Shown piece by piece: positions 11,831-24,225 of a stretch of 39,403 nucleotides of DNA. Within the stretch, counting starts at the first letter, position 1. Every line of letters starts with the position of its first letter. The position numbers were made by a program, and so were the translations under genes. The notes under the pieces were generated by a model. It was given only the letters and a program-made list of their open reading frames with translations, had not been told where the DNA came from and did no database searches. The stretch spans positions 61,365,164 through 61,404,566 of the forward strand of contig NC_068984.1 in the NCBI RefSeq assembly GCF_001194135.2. The letters are read 5' to 3'. Source of the DNA: Octopus bimaculoides (lineage: Eukaryota).

Positions 11831-12938
11831 TAAATATATACACATGCTCATATATGACCTATGTTGGACTCCTCATTCGCATAGGATTACCTAACAATTT
11901 TGGTCTTATTGACACAATTGNNNNNNNNNNNNNNNNNNNNNNNNNNNNNNNNNNNNNNNNNNNNNNNNNNNNNNNNNNNNNNNNNNNNNNNNNNNNNNNN
12001 NNNNNNNNNNNNNNNNNNNNNNNNNNNNNNNNNNNNNNNNNNNNNNNNNNNNNNNNNNNNNNNNNNNNNNNNNNNNNNNNNNNNNNNNNNNNNNNNNNNN
12101 NNNNNNNNNNNNNNNNNNNNNNNNNNNNNNNNNNNNNNNNNNNNNNNNNNNNNNNNNNNNNNNNNNNNNNNNNNNNNNNNNNNNNNNNNNNNNNNNNNNN
12201 NNNNNNNNNNNNNNNNNNNNNNNNNNNNNNNNNNNNNNNNNNNNNNNNNNNNNNNNNNNNNNNNNNNNNNNNNNNNNNNNNNNNNNNNNNNNNNNNNNNN
12301 NNNNNNNNNNNNNNNNNNNNNNNNNNNNNNNNNNNNNNNNNNNNNNNNNNNNNNNNNNNNNNNNNNNNNNNNNNNNNNNNNNNNNNNNNNNNNNNNNNNN
12401 NNNNNNNNNNNNNNNNNNNNNNNNNNNNNNNNNNNNNNNNNNNNNNNNNNNNNNNNNNNNNNNNNNNNNNNNNNNNNNNNNNNNNNNNNNNNNNNNNNNN
12501 NNNNNNNNNNNNNNNNNNNNNNNNNNNNNNNNNNNNNNNNNNNNNNNNNNNNNNNNNNNNNNNNNNNNNNNNNNNNNNNNNNNNNNNNNNNNNNNNNNNN
12601 NNNNNNNNNNNNNNNNNNNNNNNNNNNNNNNNNNNNNNNNNNNNNNNNNNNNNNNNNNNNNNNNNNNNNNNNNNNNNNNNNNNNNNNNNNNNNNNNNNNN
12701 NNNNNNNNNNNNNNNNNNNNNNNNNNNNNNNNNNNNNNNNNNNNNNNNNNNNNNNNNNNNNNNNNNNNNNNNNNNNNNNNNNNNNNNNNNNNNNNNNNNN
12801 NNNNNNNNNNNNNNNNNNNNNNNNNNNNNNNNNNNNNNNNNNNNNNNNNNNNNNNNNNNNNNNNNNNNNNNNNNNNNNNNNNNNTATATATATATATATA
12901 TACATACATACATACATACATACATATATGTATATGAG

Positions 12939-13013
12939 GGAGGTTTAGCTTAATGGTTCAGAGCACCGCGACGCGTAATCACGGATATTTGTGTTCGAGA
13001 CTCATAGCCGGCT
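12939..13013 (+). pseudogene. Degenerate tRNA-like sequence (Thr-CGT-like), tRNA pseudogene or SINE head
   Basis: A box TAGCTTAATGG (12946-12956), D stem GCTT/GAGC, anticodon loop CGCGTAA (CGT 12974-12976), B box GTTCGAGAC (12993-13001). Acceptor stem 5/7 and T stem 3/5 paired; no poly-T terminator. Confidence 0.5.
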
Positions 13014-14094
13014 ACCAACACTGTTTCTGCAAAATGGGGGTAGTTTATCCTGTTCAGGCTATATTATTAGCACTATCCTGCGATCGAGAATTTTAAATCA
13101 CTTCTTTTACTTTCTAAGACATCTCAATGCTTCTAAAGCAAACTTCGTTTGTTTGTTTACGTTCATCAACTTGCCTTCTGGACCTGAACACAAGAAAGAC
13201 TGAATAAAGAAGCTTCATTTATCCAATGACATAAATCAGATTTAAAAATGAAACCATATTAAAAATAAAGGACTTGCCCCATCGAATGAAAAATGTAAGC
13301 CAGAATAATGCAGAGAACACATGAAAACAAAACAACAAAAATTACAGATTTACCTCCCCTTTACTGCAAAAAACGAACGAACAATTATCTCCCCTGGCAA
13401 TATATATTTTCCCCCTAGCAATTTGTCTCTTTCAACTCTCAGTCCTTATTTCTATTATGTTGAAAGAACAAAGCCTTATTTTGTAAAAAATTGTATATCT
13501 TTATTATCATGGCTTTAAATCCTGTAAACATATCTTCTGTTTTTCCATCTTATCTACTATATATATACATACATACATAGACACACACACAAATATATGT
13601 ATATATATATGTATATATATATATATATATATATNNNNNNNNNNNNNNNNNNNNNNNNNNNNNNNNNNNNNNNNNNNNNNNNNNNNNNNNNNNNNNNNNN
13701 NNNNNNNNNNNNNNNNNNNNNNNNNNNNNNNNNNNNNNNNNNNNNNNNNNNNNNNNNNNNNNNNGTGTGTGTGTGTGTGTGTGTGTGTGCGCGTGCGTAT
13801 AAACGCATGCATGTATGTATGAGATGCTGTTATGTTTATCGCGTGCTAGGATATGTTGATGCATTAGGAAATACATAGAAGATAACTTCGAACCATATTA
13901 GAGGGCCTCAACAGCATTACCATGACGCTGTGTAGTTAATAAGTATAAGAAAGAATATTAAGTTTTGTCCCCTGAAAAAGAAAGTCCGTCATTATTTTGT
14001 AAATTTCATTTATGTAATTGTCCTTCTCTAAGAAAATATTAGTCTAACAAGTATAGGAATATAGATGAAGCTATCACCATGTGCAAACACAGCC

Positions 14095-14185
14095 ATAGCT
14101 GTGTGGTTAAATAGTCTGCGCGAGAATGACATGATTCCATGTTCGTTCATATTAGGTGGTGCGTTGGATAAGTGGTTGCTACTGA
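14095..14185 (+). mobile_element. Highly degenerate head of tRNA-derived SINE family 2
   Basis: AGCTGTGTGGTTAAATAG...CATGATTCCATGTTC...GGATAAGTGGTTGCTACT loosely matches the reverse complement of 23440-23530. Confidence 0.35.
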
Positions 14186-15446
14186 AATCTTGATGTGATC
14201 AATGTCTTATGTGTGAATTGCGATGGGCACTGTGTTTTTACAATACGTCCTTCAGCAATTGTATATCTCAGCTGTGCTATTTCACATATATCTTTGTACA
14301 TTAATTTGGTTGCAAACACTTTCACATGTTTTTCTTTCTGTGGAGGTGAACATACCAATGAAAACGTCACTTGCCTAACTATTACTTAGAATACTTAATA
14401 TATATACATTAAATGATTGCTAACAATGTGTTTAATTGAAACAAAATTCGCAAGCGAATAACATTTAAAGCTTCGTTCTTTAATAAGTTTAGAATTTATG
14501 GTTTAAATGTCCCAACTAAATACCACAAAGAATAATATTTAAACATGATTTATTTCCAGAATTTTAAAATAAAATAAATAGTAAGTCTACATACTATTTG
14601 ACTAACTCTTACTGATAAATAAATAATCCGTATTATATATCAAAAAGGCAAGGCTTAAATTTATAGGTTGCTTATAACTTTAGTTTGTTTTTCCGATGAA
14701 GTATTTTAAATGCATGGTTATAGTCTTTTCGTATTACTTTTTGTAACGTTAATCCGATTAGCACATTTAATGAAAGATTAATACGGACGTCTGTCTGCCG
14801 TGTTTTATATGAAGATAACGTTCAAAAGTCAAAGATCAGTAATAGTCTATAAAAGCATTGCTGTTAGATATTTGTTTTAAGAGATGTATTCGGTTTTCCA
14901 CACGTTAGGAAATTAAAACAATAGGACAGTTATCCAACATGTACGGCATCATATAGGCCGATATATGATTTCCATTTTTAAAAAAATTGTTCAATCTCTA
15001 ATTCAAAAATCTGAATCGTATTTGTTTTGTAGTGTTATAGCGAAGGGCACGTAAAACAACGAAATAGCACAAAATGGTGTTTGGTTATTTAAATTGTATG
15101 GTGCACTTTCATATTCTGTTCACGAAAATACACATTGATGGAAGTTATTAATGCTTTCTCATGTACCGCATTAATTGCTGGGGTTTATGAAATGGATAAG
15201 AAATATCACACAGAAGTCTGAATTTTTATGAGGTTTAATTCCAAATAAGGAAGATTGACTGGCATATATGTACTATACCTTGGTCATCTATTCGTCATTC
15301 ATAAAACATTTTCACTACAAATCTTAGAATTTGCCGTTTAGAAGACACATTATATATATATATATATANNNNNNNNNNTCCTGTCTTTTTCCTTTTTTTG
15401 AACCTATATATGTATATATATATATATATGTATATATATATACATA

Positions 15447-15497
15447 TATCTTTATTTGTTTCAGTCATTAGACTGTGGGCATGCTGGGACAGCGCCT
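15447..15497 (-). mobile_element. SINE family 2 3' tail segment fused downstream of a tRNA-Leu pseudogene
   Basis: GTTTCAGTCATTAGACTGTGGGCATGCTGGGACAGCGCC matches the tails at 22185-22228, 23080-23125 and 38560-38607. Confidence 0.65.
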
Positions 15498-15511
15498 ACA
15501 GAATTATTGTT

Positions 15512-15593
15512 TAGCCGCGATGGGATTCCAACCCACGCCTCCGAAGACTCTGGTGCCTAAAACCAGCGCCTTAGACCACTCGGTCGCACACAC
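15512..15593 (-). tRNA. tRNA-Leu(UAG) pseudogene
   Basis: The 82-nt minus strand reads ...ACCGAGTGGTCTAAGGCG CTGGT TTTAGGC ACCAG AGTCTTCGGAGGC GTGGG TTGGAAT CCCAT CGCGGCTA. Anticodon arm and long variable arm are intact. B box is mutated (GTTGGA for GTTCGA) and the 5' acceptor strand is replaced by (GT)n. Confidence 0.85.
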
Positions 15594-15699
15594 ACGTACA
15601 TGTATCCATATATATGTATATATCATGCATACAACTATCATACATATATACACAACATACATCCATCATACTTACATACACAAATATGCGCCAGCACAC

Positions 15700-15706
15700 A
15701 TTCAAA

Positions 15707-15755
<49 letters not shown>

Positions 15756-15825
15756 ACATTCACACACATGCACATACGGGCGCGCGCACACACACATACG
15801 CACACAGACACAGACACAGGCACCC

Positions 15826-15860
<35 letters not shown>
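15700..15860. repeat. Compound (CT)n/(CA)n/(TA)n microsatellite
   Basis: Directly visible. Confidence 0.9.
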
Positions 15861-18804
15861 CACGCAACATACTTCTTCACTTTGTATCTCGCATGTACCA
15901 AAGAAATTTATATGGGTAATAATGGTCGCTTTATCTAAATATAAGCAAAACATTGTTGAAATGCTTATAGTAATGAAACGATAAGATAATCAGTTTGAGA
16001 CTCTCTAAATATTTACAAAGTCAATAAACCACTATTCACATAAAACGATATAAGAGACATTTTAGAATAATGTTTCTCAATCGCATAAATATAATTCTAT
16101 CTTGCAAGAAATTGTGTTAGCATTTAAAGTGTGGGAGAACAAATGTGTGATTCTCAATTAGCAAAGATAACTTGAAATGATAACTTCTCCATAATTGTTG
16201 TTTTGCTTGTTGCAAGATTTGTAACGGCTGGGTTGTATCTTTAAGGTGAAGGGAACACGTCATACGAATGATATAATCAACTGTTACCCACGACTCTCAC
16301 GCTTCCGATTAATGAAAAGGAACTTCACATTCATGATATGCCATTCACCAAGAACGTAATAATCTTTTTTACTTTTAGCTTAGTACAAAATTTTGTTTCT
16401 TTTGATAGATGAGGAAACATTTCTAACTTAATGTTATTTGGTATTATCAATGACGTAAATGAAAATAAATGCTTTCAAAAGTAGTCTGAAGATGTGTTGT
16501 GTATACGTAGCTTCTGGCAATCTTAACGTTAGCTATACTTTGCTCGTCAATTTCTCTGCTGAATTATATTAACAGTGGTAGATCAGGCTACTGAGATTTA
16601 TATGTGTAATAATTTTCATATTACATAGCGTCACTGAAGTTATAATCGAACTGGCATTGGCCTGCATGTGTTGGTAGACAGAAACCCTGTCAGTTATATA
16701 ATCTGAGCTTATTGTCTCCATGTTAGCATTATCGAAATATGAGTTTTAGATATATTCCAAAGCCAAAAGATTTGAGGCTGGATTGCAGGTATTATTCTTA
16801 AGGGAGGGACGTCATTTAAACGTCGTCCTGAAATTTCAGTAGAAAGTTAATTGCCTGGATTTAAGCCACAGTATTAGGTTGAAGCTTCTGACTGTGATAT
16901 AACGGCACTATGAAAATTTGATTCTACTTAAGGCATAAATGAATGACGAAGTTGCATTTTATGCAAACCACAAAAAGTTTTATAAATAGTGATTTCACTT
17001 CAATTAGGCCTCAATACGGCAGTAAACACGAGCTAATTGGATATTATGACATTTATGGCAACTTTTCCTTAAGGGCTGAATTCAAAATATTTCAACCGTG
17101 AGTTGAATATCTGTCATGTTATAGTCTGGCAAATGTTTAACATTTAAATTTGCATTAGATGTAGAAATACTCATATTGGCACAATTCCAAACATATTTAT
17201 GATATATATGCAGTCGATTGAATCGGCCTCTGTTCATATATTTATTTGTGTTATCGACATCAGAGGAAAGAACATCGAAGTAAAACATGATTGGATTTGA
17301 AGATAATATGTGTGAAATAATTCTGTGAATCATTCGATTTCTGTAAATTTCTCTATGTATTGCTTTAATTACTGTATATACTTTATAAATGTTTCCTAAA
17401 AACATCATATGAATAAGTAATATTAGTTATGATTTTGATTGTTTTAGAAATTTTCTCTATTACCTTAAATTAAACTTTTTTTATTGTATTGTATTTTAGT
17501 CAATGAAAAACAAAATCAACTAATTATAATAAACTTGTTTGGTGTAGTAAAAATTACTCCCATAAAAAAGAATCGCAATGTAAGGTTAAAATCAATTTTT
17601 TATGACATGACTTCACGATACTTTTACTATTCCAAGTTGGAAACATATTTTTCATTCGAAGTCGAAACCATATTCATACCTCTTTACAAATACCACATTA
17701 AATTTTAAAATATCTCTAAGTGCAATAAATCAGCATCGATGAATTATTACCATATCGGATAGACACCAAACATAGACTGATTTTTTTGAATGTGTCCATT
17801 CAATATTGGTAGAAACTTTTTTACATATTCCAGCACCATATCGTCTATTTTTCTGGGAAATAGTATTTTAGATTGTGAAAGAAAAACATTGTTTTAATTT
17901 GTGAATGAGGATTGTATTAGGAATTTTCACTAACTCTTTCCTTGATATCATTTAGAGAATGAACGAAAAGGATAGCGTGAAAGTTTCTGCTAAATACTCA
18001 GAAAATCGATTTTCCAGTTACGAGAACTGACACATGGAAAGGAACAATATATTATCTAAAAATATTTTAAAATGCAATAACTAAATTAGCTAAAATGAGA
18101 TTGTGACAGTAGATTTTCTACTGAATGTTAATGGAGTTATTCGCTTGCCCCTCTCATACAATTAATAGTCCACGCGTATTCAGATAATATAGCAATTATT
18201 TTCATTAATATGACGCATTTAATGACTTAGTGATTATAGTTGATTAGTTTGTTAAGAGTTTTGAGCAATCCAGCTGTCAATGATAAAGAGGAAAAAATCT
18301 ATTGTTGCAAAACCCACGAGCACAAATAATTTTCTGTTTCAGATCGAAATTAATCTCAAGGTTGTAAATTATTTTCTAATATAATGCATTGCTGGTGTGA
18401 TTTATTGAGACTGTAGTTAATAATAACTCTATATTATGAGAGAAATATTTAAGTGTTAGTAATCGTTTGTAGGGAATTTACAAAAGACAATATTTGCTAA
18501 GTACAGATGTGCAGCAAATACATTCCTGCTATGCCTGAGGAGGATTATTCAATTTGAGAACTAAAGCTCGACACATTATTACATTCACTGTTCATTACAT
18601 CATTACATATATTGATAAATACAGATTGGAACTTGTATGTATGCATTATGAATATTTTGCTATCCGCATGGATAGAAATTTGGGTACGTTACTTTTGATA
18701 TAGTTTCTAATTCGTCATGCATTGCGATGACATTAGGTAGATATCTGAAACTAAACAGATATTTTGCAGATAGTAGAAACATACGTATATCTATATGAAA
18801 ACAT

Positions 18805-18981
18805 TCACATACATACATATATACATACATACATACATACATACATACATACACGCACACATACATATATACATACATACATAAATACATGCATACATGC
18901 ATACATACATCCATACATACATACATGCATACATACATATATACATACATACATACATACATACATATGTATGTATGTATC
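18805..18981. repeat. (TACA)n microsatellite ending in a short inverted (TATG)n
   Basis: Directly visible; source of the MYVC/HTYI ORFs. Confidence 0.9.
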
Positions 18982-18984
18982 AGA

Positions 18985-19493
18985 GATAATATTAACATTG
19001 ATCATCAAAGCAACCCATCATGGACCAACAATCGGGTTACAACCACCCACTTTGACGGATATGCATTTGCAGTCCATGAACAAGAACTGTTAACCAAATA
19101 CCTGATGCGCAAAAGGGACAGAGATGCAGGAAAAGCAGTAAAGTGTGACGACCGATGCAGACTTTGCGGGGTTAACACCGAAGATATAATCCACATAATA
19201 AACAGTTCTCCGAAAATGTCATCATGGTATTATCTACATATGAGACATTCTGTTGTAGGTAGGAATCTGTGCAACGAGATCCGTCGAAAGGATAATCTCA
19301 AGGACAAAGAAATAAGTATGGTAGAAGCCATAACAAAGAGTACTGGTAGAATGTCCCCTCGAAAACCCCAATACAATGTTAAACAATAGACCTGATATAA
19401 TGATTTGGGACAGAGAAGAGAAGCTGAGAACAGTTGGGGAATTCAACTGCCCAGCGGATGTTAACATAAAGCTGAAAAAAGAATACCTACGCA
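18985..19493 (+). mobile_element. R4/Dong-like LINE fragment A (zinc knuckle and start of the RLE endonuclease), truncated at both ends
   Basis: FAVHEQELLTKYL...CRLCGVNTEDIIHIINSS (CCHC knuckle 19156-19209, last C lost)...MRHSVV, then after a frameshift NNRPDIMIWDREEK...EFNCPADVNI (RPD 19388-19396). Confidence 0.85.
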
Positions 19494-20714
19494 GTACAAT
19501 TAAGAAATTAACAATGAAGGTAGCCACAGTTGGCCTAGACACCTATCTGAAAAACTCCGAGGACTGGATGCTAAAACTTGTCTCAAAGCATCAAAGCAAG
19601 AATGCATCTTACTCAATAACAAAACAGGCAAAGGAATATCTAAGTGAATTCCAATTGCAACAAATTCAAGAATTAGACAAACTAGAAACACCCGCTGAAA
19701 AAGCTAAGCGCTTGAAAACCCGTGCTATAATTGCTGCCTTAGATATTATGACTAAAAAAATGGCATGGAAAACCTCTCAATGGCAAATACCCAAAGAGAG
19801 CGAATAATGCAGATATTGACAAAGCCCTTACCCACCAATGGCTAATGGCTTCTGGCTTGAAATCAGAAACAGATTGGTTTATCATAGCAGCCCAAGATCA
19901 ATGGCTACCTACAAAGAACTACCAGGCCAACATATTAAAGAAAGGCAGCTCCCCATTACGTCGTATATGCCAACATCAAAATTAGACCATCGACCATGTT
20001 GTCTCCATGTGCAGTCTGCTTGCGCCTACAGAGTATCTCAACAAGCATGATAGAGCTGCACAATATATTCACTTGGTAATATGCAAAAACCTGGACTTGC
20101 CCCATGATAAAAACTGGTGGGAACACAAACCACCCCCAGTACTTGAAAATGATCACATCGCACTCCTCTGGAACTTCACCATTCAAACTGACAGAAAGAT
20201 AAATGCAAATAGGCCAGACATCATACTGAAAGACTTCAGATAAAAATCATGCCTCCTCATTGATATGACTGTCCCAATTGATATAAACGTATCTGTCGAG
20301 ACCTACCAAAAATTGAGCAGATATAAAGATCTTGAAATAGAAATTAGCAAAATGTGCAACCTGAAGACGAAAACAATACCTATTGTCATAGGTGCCCTGG
20401 GAATGACAGCGAAACGAGCTGATTACTACCTAGCTCAGATACCAGGAAACCCCAAAATGGTTGAAGTTCAAAAGATAGTGCTCATGTGAACTGCCCATAT
20501 CCTACGTAAAATACTGTCTATGTGATCTCAAATTTTAAAACAAACACAATTTTCTTATGGTTTCTTAAACATTCTCTAGGACAACACTATGTACAAATCC
20601 AAATATATAGTACCCCAGGCATAACACCTACATGAACATCTAACTTGTCTCTTGAGGTCTCTGGGTGAGACTTGGATCCAACTTGTACAAATGCAAAACA
20701 AAAGTCAAACATAA

Positions 20715-20809
<95 letters not shown>

Positions 20810-20866
20810 CAACAACAACAACAACAACAGCAATAACAACAATAATAATAATAATAATAATCATAA
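19494..20866 (+). mobile_element. R4/Dong-like LINE B: 5'-truncated, post-RT region, zinc knuckle, RLE endonuclease, 3' UTR and (AAT/AAC)n tail
   Basis: HGKPLNGKYP...THQWLMASGLKSETDWFIIAAQDQ...RICQHQN*TIDHVVSMC...HDRAAQYIH...WNFTIQTDRKINANRPDII (RPD 20211-20219)...DMTVP...YKDLEIEI...IVIGALG...TAHILRKILSM* (stop 20523-20525). UTR to ~20714, tail 20715-20866. Several stops and frameshifts. Confidence 0.92.
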
Positions 20867-20874
20867 TCTTAATA

Positions 20875-21310
20875 GTAATGAGGAGTACGCTCTGGGATGA
20901 TGTCAAACAGTAGATTGAACGTTTAGCTGTTGCTGTAAGAAATAGCAACACGATACCCAAAGAAAATGTGTCACACCCAAAAACAGTTAAGAAACAAGAT
21001 AGAACAACTGGAAAATGAAACCAATAGATGAGAAATATCCCAGAGAAATGAAAGGGAAAAACAAAACCAACAGATGGTAATGGCCAAGGAAATGTGATCT
21101 GAAAGGATGCATTGATCACTGATATACAGCGCTCCAAACAGACAAGAATAGTGAATCGACACTTCATAGGGCGTGTGGCAACAAAAACGAAACCGTCTCA
21201 CATTGTGAGTGAGTGTAACAAATTAACTCAGAAAGAATAGAAATGGAGACATGATAATATAATTAAGTATGTTCATTGAAGATTGTGTAAAAGGTACGGT
21301 CTTGATTACT
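20875..21310 (+). mobile_element. R4/Dong-like LINE fragment C, heavily decayed
   Basis: Broken frames give WKMKPI..KYPRE, W*WPRKCDLK, HIVSECNKLTQKE (21199-21237) and RHDNIIKYVH*RLCKRYGL (RHD 21247-21255). Confidence 0.75.
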
Positions 21311-21943
21311 GTACCTGATATGATTATTTCTTACAATTTCGTCATGCAAGTTTCAATTTTATAAAAATATTCTACGAGTGGGAAACAGTTCGGAATCTAA
21401 GTATGAGACTACCCAATACCGTTGCCTGGATACAAAAGGAAAAACTTACGGTGTAATATCTATTCAACTACTTCAGCAATTCTCTTGTTAATCTAAAAAA
21501 TCTGCTATCATGCTATCTACTTTTATCAGTAGGTTCATTACGATGTAGATACTTTCTCTCTATTTTAGTTAACAGCCAAATTATTTAAGGAGTGCAACTT
21601 GTAATACGATTCATCAATACAAAATAATAGGACTATTTATAGTCTTAACATAGTCCTCTCGTCTTTTTTTTAATCTTTCTATATATAAATAATCAGACAT
21701 CATTCTTCCCTTAAGTCTATATTTGCTTTGTTTTTCTCTCAGACCATACAGATAGCTTCGTGACATTATTTATATTTTCCTCATTAAAATAACATTCGCC
21801 AAATTGAAAGTTTCTATTCTTGTGGAAGTGGAAACGGCATTTAAATAAAATAGTATACTACAAGTTTAATGATAAGAGTAAAAGAAAGAAATCATTGAGA
21901 ATTTTCCTTAAGTGTTATTCCAAAACCAAACGAGGGTCTCTAC

Positions 21944-21944
<1 letters not shown>

Positions 21945-21987
<43 letters not shown>

Positions 21988-21997
21988 NNNNNNNNNN

Positions 21998-22029
<32 letters not shown>

Positions 22030-22082
22030 ACACAGACACACACACAGCGCGCGCACGCATACACACATACACGAACACACAC
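21945..22082. repeat. (CA)n microsatellite with 10-N gap
   Basis: Directly visible. Confidence 0.9.
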
Positions 22083-22174
22083 ATCTTAAAAAATTATATC
22101 TATAATTATATTATAGATATAATATATAAAAATCATATCTATATATGTTTGTGTGTAAATGCGTATTCTTTTAT

Positions 22175-22320
22175 TCTCGAATTCATTTCAGTCATTTGAC
22201 TGAGACCATGCTAGAGCACCGCCATAAAGGGGTTTTCGACAAAGAAATCAACTTGAGGACTTATTCTTTGTAAGCCTAGGACTTATTCTATCAGTCATTG
22301 TTGCCGAACTACTAAGTGAC
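22175..22320 (-). mobile_element. tRNA-derived SINE family 2, 3' part
   Basis: TTTCAGTCATTTGACTGAGACCATGCTAGAGCACCGCC...GGACTTATTCTTTGTAAGCCTAGGACTTATTCTATCAGTC is homologous to 23062-23210 and 38546-38696. Confidence 0.8.
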
Positions 22321-22664
22321 TACGTAATCAAAAACAGTAAGGTATATGAAAATACTCGATGAATGAGTTGACAATATTACTGTATAAGTAATGAATAAAA
22401 AGTTTAGAATGGTAGAACAATGCACTATAATACAAAAAATGGACTATATACCTGTTGTAATTTGGTTATCTATACATAACCAAATTTTTGAATTATAGTG
22501 CATTGTTGTACCATTCTAAACTTTTTATTCTTTACGAACAATACACAATGCTTCAAGCGAACTACAATACTCTATTGTATAAGTAATGTTTTCCGGCGGC
22601 AAGTGATGCCTATTGTACTTGCTGATAAATGATTAATATTAATCATCAACTAATATTATCTTTA

Positions 22665-22778
22665 CGTTTGCCTTTCGGGGTCGATAAATTAAGTATCAGT
22701 TGCGTACTGGAGTCGAGCAAATTGATTGGCTCCCTCTACCAAAATTCCGGCCTTGTGTCTAGAGTAGAAAAGAACATT
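22665..22778 (+). mobile_element. tRNA-derived SINE family 1, 3' part
   Basis: CCTTTCGGGGTCGATAAATTAAGTATCAGTTGCGTACTGGAGTCGA...AAATTCCGGCCTTGTG is homologous to 27540-27630. Confidence 0.75.
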
Positions 22779-23061
22779 GCTTTCCTCTTATTATTTATCC
22801 ATATATTTGGATCCTATTATTTTTTAACATTCATATTATTATCAATTTTGTTTCCAATTCATAATATTTGAGTTATATGTGGTTCGAGTTTTAGACTAGC
22901 TTTTTGTCATTGTATTATCTGAAGTGAACGTGAGTCTTTCTTTTTTGTATTCTACAATATCACTCCTAACAGCATCAATAGTAGATCTACATCAACAGGT
23001 CGTATACTCACCCTCATCGGGTTGATTATAATAATATCTCGCTATTTGTGTACAAACATAC

Positions 23062-23324
23062 TTTCATTCTTTTATTCTTTTACTTGATTTTATGACTTGA
23101 CTGCGCCCATGCTAGAGCACCACCTTTTAGTCGAAGAAATTTACCGAGGAACTTATTCTATGTAAGCCTGGTACTTATTCTATCAGTCTGTTTTGTTGAA
23201 CCACTATGTTATGGAGGCGTAAACACAGCAACGTTGGTTTTCAAGCGATAGTAGTGGAGGTGGTGACAAATACAGACACAGATACACACACTCACACACA
23301 CGCGCGTAGACACAAACGCACACG

Positions 23325-23372
<48 letters not shown>

Positions 23373-23538
23373 CGACGAGCTTCTTTTCAGTTTCCGTCAA
23401 CCAAATCCACTCACAAGACTTTGGTCGGCCATAGGCCTATAGTAGAAGGCATTTGCCGGAGGTGCCACGTAGTCCGACTGAACCCGGAACCATGTGTTTC
23501 GGAAATAAGCTTCTTACCCCACAGCCATGCCTGTGACT
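23062..23538 (-). mobile_element. Near full-length tRNA-derived SINE family 2 with internal (GT)n tract
   Basis: Minus strand begins GTCACAGGCATGGCTGTGGGGTAAGAAGC (A-box-like) ...GGTTCCGGGTTCAGTC (B-box-like), has an internal microsatellite 23270-23370 and ends in the shared tail. Confidence 0.85.
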
Positions 23539-24073
23539 ATATGTATGCAATTCTAGATAACTGAAACTTCGTTTTCGACAAGTTATTACAATATTCGCAA
23601 ACAATGTTTGAGATGTTTAAAACCACTCTCAATCAAAAGATAACATAGGGATGCAGATCTGCGTATTATTAGGCGAAGCAGAACACATTAAGGAAGTTTT
23701 TTCTTCCTCTTCCCACCAGTATCCTGGTAGAATACATCTGAAATATCTCAGGTCATGATAGCTATGTGTATCATCTGTCAAATTATAAGTATTGTAAGTA
23801 TTTCAGCCCATGTATTACTTAAGGAGTCGGATTACCGTACCAGTAAAAAGCATTTCAGTGTTTGAATGATCGAAATACCCAGAGCTTGGAAGCATGTGTT
23901 ACGGCACAAAACTGTTTAAAACGAAAATACCAGTAGACAGTAGAATGATCTTTGAGGAGACGATTTCAACGAAATAATTATCCTTAGCACAATATTTTAG
24001 TTGTGCTAAATTTATACGACATTGTGAAGCAATATCATTGCTATTAACGATGGTCATCTCTGGTTCCAAACAA

Positions 24074-24075
<2 letters not shown>

Positions 24076-24104
<29 letters not shown>

Positions 24105-24132
24105 TGTATGTATGTATGTATGTATGTATGTA
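24076..24132. repeat. (TATG)n microsatellite
   Basis: Directly visible. Confidence 0.95.
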
Positions 24133-24191
24133 TAAACTAAAGAATCAGATAAAGGGACAGGCAAACAAGGGAATGAAAAATNNNNNNNNNN

Positions 24192-24225
<34 letters not shown>

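Noticed and set aside
11758-12948. Long ORFs of 339-396 aa here, and similar ones at 26290, 32618, 33679, 35253 and 37635
   Set aside because: They consist of X from N-gaps plus microsatellite translation.
16246-16355. Candidate exon GEGNTSYE*YNQLLPTTLTLPINEKELHIHDMPFTKN with an in-frame TGA (selenocysteine?)
   Set aside because: No SECIS evidence, other frames and the opposite strand are equally open, and the exon itself is unsupported.
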